Source: Macrostomum lignano
Lineage: Eukaryota
Length of the DNA: 64,000 bases
NCBI GenBank assembly: GCA_002269645.1
Contig: NIVC01000031.1
Span: forward strand, 1 to 64,000
Direction: 5' to 3'
Of the stretch, positions 13,522-25,200 are shown piece after piece; the stretch's first letter is position 1, and every line of letters begins with the position of its first letter. The translations under genes were made by a program, and so were the position numbers. The notes beneath the pieces are model-generated. The model did no database searches, was not told the origin of the DNA, and saw only the letters and a program-made list of their open reading frames with translations.

Positions 13522-16253
13522 TTAAGCAGAATCGTTGGAAACCCTTTGAGTGTCTCTGCTGGACTCAGATTTTTCTGGCTTCCCTTGGTCTTCATTTAAA
13601 ATCTCATCGGCTTTCGTTGTGTCCTCAGATGTTTCTTGAGACGTGTTCTGAGCTGGTCTCTCTGTTGCGTCCTCAGCTTCTTTCTCAGTTGTGTCCTCCG
13701 CGGGATTCTGTGGTGTGTCCTCAGCTGGTTCCTCAGCTGTGTCCTCAGCTGGTTTCTCAATAGTGTCCTCAGCTGGTTTCTCAATAGTGTCCTCAGCTGG
13801 TTTCTTAATAGTATCCTCAGCTGGTTTCTCTGGTGTGTCCACAGCTGGTTTCTCAATAGTATCCTCAGCTGGTTTCTTAGTTGTGTCCTCAGCTGGTTCC
13901 TCAGGTGTGTCCTCAGCTGGTTTCTCAATAGTGTCCTCAGCTGGTTTCTCTGGTGTGTCCTCAGCTGGTTTCTCAGTAATGTCCTCAGCTGGTTTTTCAG
14001 TGATGTCCTCAGCTGGTTTCTCAGTTGTGTCCTCAGCTGGTTTTTCAGTAATGTCTTCAGCTGGTTTCTCAGTGATGTCCTCAGCTGGTTTCTCAGTAAT
14101 GTCCTCGGCTGGTTTCTCAGTAGTGTCCTCAGCTGGTTTATCTGGTGTGTCCTCAGCTGGTTTCTTAATAGTGTGCTCAGCCGGTTTCTCTGGTATGTCC
14201 TCAGCTGGTCTCTCAGTAGTGTGCTCAGCTGGTTTCTCAGTAATGTCCTCAGCTGGTTTCTCAGCAGTGTCCTCAGCTGATTTCTCAGTAATGTTCTCAG
14301 CTGGTTTCTCAGTAATGTCCTCAGCTGGTTTCTCAGCAGTGTCCTCAGCTGATTTCTCAGTAATTTTCTCAGCTGGTTTCTCAGCTGCTGCATATTCAGA
14401 GTTTTTCGTTGTTGTTTCTCTAGGAGAGTTCTCAACAGGTTTTAGCGTTGAACTTACAGATGTTTCCTTGTTGTTGTGTGCAAAACTAACTGCAATCTTC
14501 TCAATACTTTCCGAGTCATTAGCTGTTTCTGTCTCTGAGTGACTCTCCATTGATTTAGAATTGTCACTTGTATCGTCTACTGTCTCGGAATCATCAGGGG
14601 ATTCTAAATCACCAGCTGTCTTCTCAGCAGCTTCTGAATCATCAGCTGTCTTCTCAGCAGCTTCTGAATCATCAGCTGTCTTCTCAGCAGGTTCTGAATC
14701 ATCAGCTGTCTTCTCAGCAGGTTCTGAATCATCAGCTGTCTTCTCAGCAGGTTCTGAATCATCAGCTGTCTTCTCAGCAGGTTCTGAATCATCAGCTGTC
14801 TTCTCAGCAGGTTCTGAATCATCAGCTGTCTTCTCAACAGCTGTCTTCTCAGCAGGTTCTGAATCATCAGCTGTCTTCTCAACAGCTGTCTTCTCAGCAG
14901 GTTCTGAATCATCAGTTGTCTTCTCAGCAGCTTCTGAATCATCAATTGTCTTCTCAGCATGTTCTGACTCGTCATCTGTATTCTCAGAGGATTCTGAATC
15001 ATCGGCTGTCTTCTCAGCAGGTTCTGAATCATCAGCTGTCTTCTCAGCAGGTTCTGAATCATCAGCTGTCTTCTCAGCAGGTTCTGAATCATCAGCTGTC
15101 TTCTCAGCAGGTTCTGAATCATCAGCTGTCTTCTCAGCAGGTTCTGAATCATCAGCTGTCTTCTCAACAGCTGTCTTCTCAGCAGGTTCTGAATCATCAG
15201 CTGTCTTCTCAGCAGGTTCTGAATCATCAGCTGTCTTCTCAGCAGGTTCTGAATCATCAGCTGTCTTCTCAACAGCTGTCTTCTCAGCAGGTTCTGAATC
15301 ATCAGCTGTCTTCTCAGCAGGTTCTGAATCATCAGCTGTCTTCTCAGCAGGTTCTGACTCATCAGCTGTCTTCTCAACAGCTGTCTTCTCAGCAGGTTCT
15401 GAATCATCAGCTGTCTTCTCAGCAGGTTCTGAATCATCAGCTGTCTTCTCAACAGGTTCTGAATCACCAGCTGTCTTCTCAGCAGGTTCTGAATCATCAG
15501 TTGTCTTCTCAGCAGGTTCTGAATCATCAGTTGTCTTCTCAGCAGCTTCTGAATCATCAATTGTCTTCTCAGCAGGTTCTGAATCATCAGTTGTCTTCTC
15601 AGCAGCTTCTGAATCATCAATTGTCTTCTCAGCATGTTCTGACTCGTCATCTGTATTCTCAGAGGATTCTGAATCATCGGCTGTCTTCTCAGGGGATTCT
15701 GAATCATCAGTTGTCTTCTCAGCAGCTTCTGAATCATCAATTGTCTTCTCAGCATGTTCTGACTCGTCATCTGTATTCTCAGAGGATTCTGAATCATCGA
15801 CTGTCTTCTCAGAGGATTCTGAATCATGGGTTGTCTCCTCAGAGGATTCTGAAACAATTTCTGCCTTATCAGAGGGTTGTGAAACGGTAACTATCTGCTC
15901 TGCTGATTGCGAATCATCAGTCTTCCCCCGTGTCTTTGTCTCGGCTGCAGTATTGGCAGTCCTTTTTGTTTGTTGGTCGCTAGATTTAAAACGATTGCTA
16001 ATTTGAATATCTGAAGCTAAGTGTGGTTTCCGTTGTCGAGCGTTAGTTTTACTCGGAGGACTCTGTTCTGCTGCTTTGCTGTTGTCAATTTTTTTCTGTC
16101 TCAACTGGCTACTCTTGGTTTGGACTGGTTGGCCCAGGGATCGATGCCGATTTTGCTGCTGTATTTGTTGGTGTCTTTCGTCGCTTTTGATGGCAACTTG
16201 ACTTGCGGTTGACTTGTTGGAGTCAGGCTGACTGCTACCTTGAGCATTGGTGT
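13522..16253 (-). CDS. Dynein-like gene terminal exon: ~910-aa acidic low-complexity repeat tail
   Basis: Phase-1 acceptor cttccttcttaccgaAG; open frame to the stop at 13522, in frame with the preceding exon (donor GTGTGT at 16494). Confidence 0.75.
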
Positions 16254-19200
16254 CTTCGGTAAGAAGGAAGGAAAGTGAGGAGGTTAGTACGAGCTAGTGG
16301 TTTAGTTTTGGTTAGTATGGCTAATCTGTATTAGGATGATACCTGGCGCTTGTTATGAATTGAGTTGAAAATTTCAAGCATAGTTTTTTAGTATGAAATC
16401 TACGGTTAGTGTCGTTGATTTGTCTCTATGCTGCTATTATAAAGCGTCCTATTAACGAGCTAAGTAATGAATATAATAAAAACTTGGAACACACCTGCTT
16501 CCTTATCCTTCTCCACGCTTTCTTCCTCTGATTTTTTATCTTCATGAATATCGTCTTTCGGTCCTTCGTCGTCTTGATCTCGCTGCTGCTGTGCGTCGTC
16601 ATTCTTCTGCACCTCCTGCTCGTCCGCATCCTTGCCATCCTCCGCTTTTTCGGTAATGTCGGATACCTCCGGCTCGTACGCTGATCGGTTTTTATCCCCG
16701 TCTGGCTGTTCTTCCTGTTCAGGTTGACTGTCTTTGACTGGCGTGCCAGTCTCGTCTTCCGTCGCAGCCTCGTCCTCGGCAGCTTCATCTCCGATCGGCT
16801 TGGTTCGCTCGAGCTGCAGCGACTCCGGCCGAGTCGAAGCTTGCGGCGAGAACGGTCGGTAGGACGCCTGGTCAGATTCGCGCTTCGAGCTTGGCGCCGA
16901 GGCGCCGTTCTGTTCGGCACCCGTCGAGCCACTGCCCTCCTCGTCGATGCCTTCCAGTCTTTGTTTCTGGCTAGTTTCGCTTTGTTGGTCCCGATCAGCT
17001 GACGCATATTCATCCAGTGGATCGAGCTCGTCAACCAGCGGCGTGCGCACGATGGGCACCCTCGGTCTGGTCGGATAGGCCCCGTCTAAGAAGCCTGGAT
17101 CGAGGATGAAAAAGCCGCGCTCGGTAGCGTCCGGCGGCTTCACGCTGCTCGGCAGCAGAACGGTGGCCACGTGGTGCTGCTTGGACTGTAAATTGTGGGT
17201 GAGACGACAGTATTTTAAACGGCTAATCAGAGATATTACGGAGATATTTCTAAAGGTCCTTTTTCTGCTCTAAATATTCCTGTTTGGAGAAGGGGAGAGA
17301 CGAGTGCATGAGAGCCATTACTGTCCCTGAGCCTTCGCCTAAGATTCATGATTTGGTCAATCTCCAATTTTTGTCGGAAAACATTTCTTTTCGTCGAATT
17401 TTTGACTATCTTGCTGTATGATGCTATCTCCGTAGTGATTTTCCTATGAACTTGATTCACTCACCCAGGTGGTGTAGATCTCGCATTCGTAGAGCTCGTC
17501 GCTGCCCTGATCGTCTTCTACTTGGGCACTCTCGAATAGTACAATGAGTTCGTAGCCTTGCAACGGTGAAATTGTGCATCTGAAAAGAATTTGTTTATAA
17601 AAGAATAAATAATACCACTATGTTAGGATCCCTTTCTTACTGAGCCAAAAGAAAATTGTAAAGAAGCAACAAAAATTCCCGTAAGTCACCTGTCGCTATA
17701 CACCAGCTTTGGTCTGCTTGCAGCTTCATTCCCAGACTCCATCTCCTTGTCGCCTCCGTCGCTGGCAAGCTCCATTCCGCACATGTGCACACCCTCGAGC
17801 CGCAGCGACGAAGAGTTGCCAAATCTGCTGCTGGAACGCACCATGCGACTGTCGCCGCCTCCAGCAGCACCGGTGACAGGTAGAAGCTCGCAGCGTAGGC
17901 GGACATCTTCTAGCCGGCAGCGATGCACTGCTTCGGACAGTGCCAGGCGTTTGTCGAGACGCATGGCGGCCAGCAGGCGTCGGGGCTCGTACAGACCACC
18001 CGGCCACAGACTGCCAATCAGTCCGGTCGGTCGTAGGCGTCTTAGTTGGGCGTGTCGACGTCTGAGTCGCTCTAGCCAAGCTTTCAGTGGCAACGAGTTC
18101 GGTTGCTCGTTGCGGTGCAGCCAGTCTTCAGGCACCAACTCGATGGCCAGTCGGCTAGCGGACGCGGCAAGAGCCGGGGGCAAGTTCGCCAAGCCGGCTG
18201 GCAGATGACGGCGAAGCTGTTGAACATCGCGACCTACAGCTAGGATTTGGATTGTACACGGCGCACTCTCGCTGTACAGCTTCTTCCACGGCTGGCGATC
18301 TGGTTTGCTGATGATCGGTAAACGAACCAGCTGACGACAATGATGTCGAGCTGGCAGCTGAGCTCGGCGGATGATAGGCAAAGTTGAACTGTCGAGAGTC
18401 GGCTTCGCTGGTGAAGCGAACCAGCGGTGGTAGCTGCTCAGCTACCAAATCCAGCACTGTGAACAGCTTTGCCAGACGACTTGCCGGACGAATCTCGAAT
18501 TCGAATACCGACGGTAAAGATGACGAAGAAGAATTTAGTGTTAGCGACGTGGACGGCGGAGGACTATCGCTGAGCCATGTTGCGTAGAGGCGCTGCATGC
18601 AGGCTGCAAAGGCCTGGCCAGCCGGTTCGCCAGTCCGAGCGGAAGTCTCCCAGGGCAGGAGTTTCAGCAGTGATTTTTGGGCGCCCAGTCGCGTAGAAAG
18701 TCGAGCGTCTCTACACCGTTAGGCGACGGCGGAGGGCAAAGGCCGCTAGCTGACGCTTCCGTAAGCCAGAACCGCATCAGCTTCCTGGTGTCCTGACCGC
18801 TGTGCAGGTGCTCATACAGTCGGCTCATAAGATTGCTCTCCGAGGATTCGCTGGTCTCTTCAGCGGACAATAGTCTAGCCAGTTTGGCAAGAGTAGCGTC
18901 GCCCAAAATCTGCCAGCGGCTGAAGTGACGGGCCCCCAAGCGTTGTGCGTAGGCCGCCAGCGCGTGCACGTAGCCGAACATCAGAATTTTGGCGTCGTTG
19001 TCGAGCTGAGCGGCGCGAATCTGCGGGAAGAATTTTTTAACAGTAAGGCGTTTTATTATACATGAACAAGCGACTTTCAGAGGAAGTGTTCACCACCTCA
19101 GATCCGGTTTCTCTACGAACAAATTCAAATCTGTATTGAATAAAAACCATTGGGTTATGAACGCTCTATCACGGATGGTTCTGATTTTGCAACTTAAGAT

Positions 19201-22200
19201 GTTGCCTTGTTTAAAATACTTATATTTGTCAAGTCTGGCATATTAAATCCTGTTGCCAATAGGAAAAACGCTAGCTTCACCTGCTTAAATGCCGCTTCTC
19301 CAGCAAGCAGCAGCTGCCGATCGCAGTTGCCACCAGCTTTAGCATCGGTCGACTCCTCCTCCGGTCGGATACCATCAAGATAGTCGGAGCTGATTACTCG
19401 CAGGTGCCGAATCAGCGTAGCCGGCAACGCGGCACCGGAGCCCACCTGATAGGTAATCCAAACTGTTGGCGACTGCTGCTGCTGCTGGCTACCTTTCTGC
19501 TCTTCATCCGGTTGTTGCTGCTCTTGCTGATCCGGCTGTTTATCGCCGGAGACTGTCGCTTCGTCGCTTTGGAACAGAAGTCGCAGCTTCCTCTCGAGGC
19601 GTTGAAAACCACTCCGGCTGCCGCAGTGAGCGTCGCGCAGCAGTACCCACGGCTGGGCACCACCGTCAGCTGAATTAAACACTCTCTCCAGTTGGCTGAG
19701 TGCCTGCTGTTCTGAACGCGAACCGTAGTCAATGACAACTAGCTGGCGACCTTTGATTTGGGCCGCTTTGTCAAGCAATTCAGTGACGTCGCGTCGCGAG
19801 TAGAAGGCTGAATCGCGGTAGGTCTCGCGTGTAGCGCAGCTGGGCAACAAAACCAATGTTCCGAAGCAGCGGGGACCTAGACCGGTCTCCAGATCTTCGA
19901 GGAATTCGGTCAGCGGAGGCAGCATCAGCGTCATTTCTTCCAACGGCTTGTTCGCTGCTGCATTCGATTGAATAAATTAATGGGAGAGCATGCGTTTATA
20001 TGCGATTTGAGATTTTTTAGTCTAAGACAAACTGCAAAGGACTAATTCTGAAGTAGACTATTTACTACAACACCAAAGTATCAAACGAACCTGTGTCCGA
20101 TTTTTGTTGCTGCTGATTATTTTCTAGTTGCTCCTCTTGTTGAACTTCGTCAGCCGAAGCGTTACGGGCGGCTGCCGAGGCAGCCAAAAACTCTTCAATG
20201 CCTGCGAGCAGTCGATCCGGTCTGAGCAGCTTCAACAGCAGCAGATCGCACAGAAGTAAAACTCTCGGCTCGAGATCATCGCGCTGACTAGTTCGCCTTG
20301 AACTGAGCGCTGCCAGCGTAGCGCTTTCGGCTGCTCCTGTGCAAAATTTACTCCAGAAGGAGTCCTCATCCTTAGCCACGGCCTCGTGCAAGTCGACCAG
20401 GGTCCGTCTAAGCTGCTGAGTGCAACAATGTCATCCCATCGATCGGCTGGGCAGAAAACTGGACGCTGAAGTCCACTGGTATCTGCTGGGATGGAGCTTC
20501 GAATGCCCCTGTCCGAGTACGCTGAAACCAGGAAAAAAGACTTCTAAAAAACCGAGACCATCAAGCCAACTGCCGAATTAGTTAGTTTGCAGAAAGGTTT
20601 TGGACAGCCAGTAAGCAAGCAGTTATGGATATTTATACAAACACGCACTCCCTCAGCGTGCACTGCGGTCTGATTTGAGAGTCAGACGGACCACCCGCAG
20701 AGCTACTTCCCCCCACCTACTGACTACCGAGCCAACTCACCTTCAAACAGAAAGTCCAAGTACCCATCTGGAATTCCTGTCACACGCGGTAGCTCTGTCA
20801 GCCGAAGTAGCAGACCGAAGAGCAGCTGATCCTCGTGAAACAGTGACGGTCCGAACCGATGATAGACACCGTTGCGAAGGCGCGTCAGCGCTTTGTCGGT
20901 CCAACCGTCTGGAGGCTCTGAAGCGTCTTGCTGCTGCTGCTCTGGCTGACTCTGCTCATATCCATCTTCAGCTGACTTTTCGCCCGTTTCGTTGTTTTCG
21001 TCGTTGGCTGTTTTTTCGTCTCGCTTCTGTAGCTGTTTCTCAGGTTTCGCAAGCAGCTCAGCTTCGTCGAATTCAATTTCAGTCTCTAGCTCGTCATCTT
21101 CGTTGGAGCTAGCCGCTGCTGCTGCGCTAGCGGCTGCAGCTGCTGATGCTTCGAGTTCGGCAGCAGCAGCTGCCTCTTCGGCATCTGGTGGCAGCACGCG
21201 TCGAGAGCGAAGAGAGCCGCGTTTAGTTAGGTAAGCTTCAAGCGGTTGCAGAAGCTCCACGCGCCTGCCAGCAGCTCGACCAGTGATTTCTTGCATGAGA
21301 CGGTCGCGCTGCTCAGTGGCTTTAGCCGAGAGCACCTCCTGGACAAAAGCTTCGTCGTCTGCGAAGAGAAAACATAGGAAGTTGTGGGTTTATGAGGTAT
21401 ATTTTTTCTAACTAAGTAGCCTTTCATTAAATAATGTATGGAAAGTAAGATAAATAATGCTTACTCTCTTCTCCTTCTAAAATTTTGTAAGCAGCTTCAT
21501 CTGACGGCCCCTCGTCGCCTTGGATGGACTTGCGACGTTCCTCTGCCGTCGCCTTCGACTCGTCCTGTTTAGATACCGATTTGGCAGTTTTTTTCTTGAC
21601 CAGCGTTTTCTTCAAACTGCCCGATTCCATCACCTCTTCGAAGTCTTCCGGCAGAGGTTCACCATCAGGGTCAACAGCCAGGTCGAATAGTCGCAGGAAT
21701 TCATGTAGTGGATAGCGGTACTCAAACTGGAGCACACCGAGGCCGCGCAGCGCATTGTACACGTCGGCTGCAGCGGCACCGAGACCGGCGGCCAAATCGC
21801 GACGCCGTTCAACGCCCGATGCACGTCGTTGCTCGCACCTAGTAGCGGCAGATACGGCGTCGATTCGATTGGCGGTGTCACTCATCGCTTTCATGCTGTC
21901 CTCACTCCACAGAGATTGAGAGTTCAGAGCCCCAGCTAGTTGGCTGCGTATCCGACGGACCAGGGCAGCCAGAAGGACTCGCAGTCTGGCTACTCGGTCA
22001 AGCGACGTCGCACGTTCCGCCAACTGGTCTGGCCAGAGTTTTGCAAAGGCGCGACGTTTCAACGTCTCGCCAAGACTTTCGCGCGACGCAACGCAATTAA
22101 CCAAAGTCAGCTGGCTGCTGAAGTCTGGGCTGAGTAGGCGCTGCTGGGTGGCACCGGTGGCGAACATGGGAAGGAAATTGCGGCCGCAGAGCATCTTGCG

Positions 22201-25200
22201 CTGGTAAAAACGGATCCGTCGGCTCTCTGAAAATACAGGTTGAGACCATGCACTGGCGATGCTATTATAGAATTTATTTTACAATACGAGACACAAACTA
22301 AACGGATCTGTTTATTTGGTTCAATAGTTAGTTATTGTAATAAATAAGAAAAACGGGTATGATGAGATAATTATACGCCTGTTCAAGAAAATCTTGGAGC
22401 CCATTTCGTGCGTTTAACATTGATCGTTACCTGGTTCATCCTGGCCGAATGGGTTTCGCATGTTCATGAAGTGAACCAGCGGCTCAAAAAGATTGTCCAA
22501 ATTATCGTTCAAGTTGTACATTAGAAGAGGCCGGCCTTCAGTGATAGCGCGTCGAACTTCGTCGAGAACTGTGGTCTCTCGTCTGCAAGGTGGTTGTAAA
22601 CAACTATTTAGAAACATAAGTTGGATTAAAACGAAAACTGACTCAATAAAAACTTTTTGCAGCCTAAGTAAACCTTTGATTCATGTCGATTCGGACAAGA
22701 TCAGCAGCTGTCTCTGTCGTAAGCAGGTGCTTCAACTCCTGCTTGCGACCTCGGCTGTGCGGATCGATAAAGCACACCGGGCGATCGTTAGAAGCGCTGA
22801 TGATTGCCGCATTGATCAGCTGGTGTGCGCTTAAATCTGAAGAAAAGTGAAAACAAAATTGAAAATTTTCCCTGCTAAATCCAAATTTATAGCCAACAGT
22901 GATTCGAACTCACCTTGTCTGTACCAGCACTGAGCAGTTGCTTCTCCGACAATAACAAAGCACAGAGCCTGGTAATAGCGGTACAAACGGCTGCGTGACC
23001 AAACGCCCCTCTTTCCATCGGTTTCCAACGCTTCAGCTGCAGTCGAGGACATCAAAGAAGATGGTGCCCTCTCCTCATTGGTGGCTCGTCTAGATCGCCG
23101 TGTTGGGCTTGCTCGTGGAGATTCTTCGACTTGATCTTGTTCCTGCTGCTTGAGCTTGTCATCTTGCTCTTCACCATCATTTGGCTCTTTTGCAGCGCCC
23201 TGTTTCTGACCTTCAGATTCGTCTTCGTCTTTGTCGAGATCGCGACCTTCGGCGGCCTCGACATCACCATGAGCTCGTTCCTTCTCACCGATCTCCTCTT
23301 TGCGCGCCTTCTCTAACTCGGCATCCTCTTCCTCATCTTCGTCTTCATCCAGGTCGTCTTCTTCATCGCCTTCATCAAGAGTCTTCTCGGCAGCGCCGAA
23401 GTGGAAAAGAATTTCTCGCCCACTAATTGGGTCCACCGAATCAATAGCCAGCTGAAGGCCACGCTCTTGCAGACACTCTGGCCAGACCTCTGTAAGCACT
23501 TGCTGCCGGAACTCCTGTTGGAACCGACCTAGATAAGTCACCAAGCCGGCTGCAACTGCACAGGCGCCAGGTATAGAGCGGACTCGATCAGCAAATGAGC
23601 GACAGGTGCGTCGACACTTGCGCAACTCTTGGCGCATGATTCGACGAAGCTTTTTAGCTGTGGCTAGCATCTCCTCCATCTTGCGCGTCTTCTCGTCTTG
23701 ACTCTTCTTGTCGATCGTGGCCTCTTCAAAACCGACAGCAAGCTCTTTTAAGCGAGCTTCTAAAGCGATACGCTTCTGCTCCAGCGCAACGTTGCGAGTC
23801 TCCGCTTCTGCGACGCGCTTTGCAGTCTCTTCCATTCGTCGGTGCAGCGGGCGAACTCGGTTGTGCATCATGTCTTGATAGCGCGCAACGCCGCCGATCC
23901 ACTTGGCCAGTGACTGGCAGGCTACGAATGGCTCGCTGAGGCGTTCAGGCTGAAGATCTTGACGCGCTACGTAATCTTGCAGCATCTCCAGAGTCTCAAT
24001 TGGCATGTCGTGCTCGCTGAATCGCTGCAACTCCTCTAGAAAGCGATCGATATTGGCCATCTGCCGCTTTGCACCTTTCTGCCACGTATTGTCAGCTTCG
24101 GGACCTTTTAATGCCAAAATGACCGCTTCCATTAACTGTTGCATCTCGGGTGTCGGTTTCTGCTCAGCTCTGAGCTGCGCTAGAGAATCCTTGTCCATGT
24201 CCTGGACCACCTGCTGCGTGTCCTTGATGATTGCGAGAGACTTGTACGCGGCTCGCTCGTGAGCCAGACTGTACTCCGGCAACAGTTTCTTCAGCTTGGT
24301 GATTTCGCCCATTTGTCTGCGAACTATTCGCATCTGCGACTGAGTGATAGCGGTGTCTTGGCCTATCTGGTATAGTAGACGTAACGAAGCACTCTGACGC
24401 TCTTTCTGCACAGTGCGTTCGTGCTCCAGCTTGGCTCGGAGCTTATTGGCTAGCGCATTTTCCTGTTGTATCTGGGTAAGGGTCGCCTCAGCTTTTTGAT
24501 GCTCTTGCACAACTAGTGCGTGCCTGGTAGCCGCAAGAGCGCAAAACTTTTCTACGAACTTGCTGTATGACGTATTGTTTACGTCAATGAGGCAAGCCGG
24601 TTGGCTTTTTCTAGTTGAGTTGTCCGACGCCGCTGAGCTCAAACAGGCGCGTCGCAGCGCCGAATGCATCGAAGCCAATAAATGAGCGAGGTTTTCTCGG
24701 ATCAGCGGATCCTTGAGCCAGTCTATGGACTCCAGATGGTAGGCAGCATGCTCTACTAGCTGGTTGGGGTGCCAGTGCTGTAGCCAGATAAAGTTGATGG
24801 TGCTAATGAGCACAGGGAACTGCTGGCAGAGTCGGTGGAACGGCTGTTCAGCGTCAGTAACAATTAGACAGATGCGGAAGTTGCGACGTACTCCTCTAGA
24901 GAAAGAGAAATGGGAGCATCGATTTTAATGATTTACTGTAAGCTACTGGTAGCCAGTCGCCAAGATTCTTACCTGAGGAAAAACTCCCAGGCTACTTCTC
25001 GATTGTAAGTTAGCCCAGCCTGCGCCACGTCGGTCCGTACCGAGTTGACGATTTTAGTCTGCTCCTCCGGCGAGAACAGGTGGTTAATATTGCCGTGGAT
25101 GGAACTCCGAGGTAGACAAACAGGCTGTTCGAGGATTTCGTGATCACGCAGGTAGGAACATCAGCTTTTCATTTTAATGTATTTAGTAAAATGAGCTAAC

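Noticed and set aside
13596-16006. Long alternative-frame and antisense ORFs over the repeat exon
   Set aside because: By-products of 24- and 30-bp periodicity; only the acidic minus-strand frame connects by splicing.
19097-19130. Possible 34-nt micro-exon in the dynein-like gene
   Set aside because: Its phases do not fit; the flanking exons join directly in phase 0.
19954-19959. NAGNAG tandem acceptor
   Set aside because: Real, but changes only one residue and is common; noted only as boundary ambiguity.
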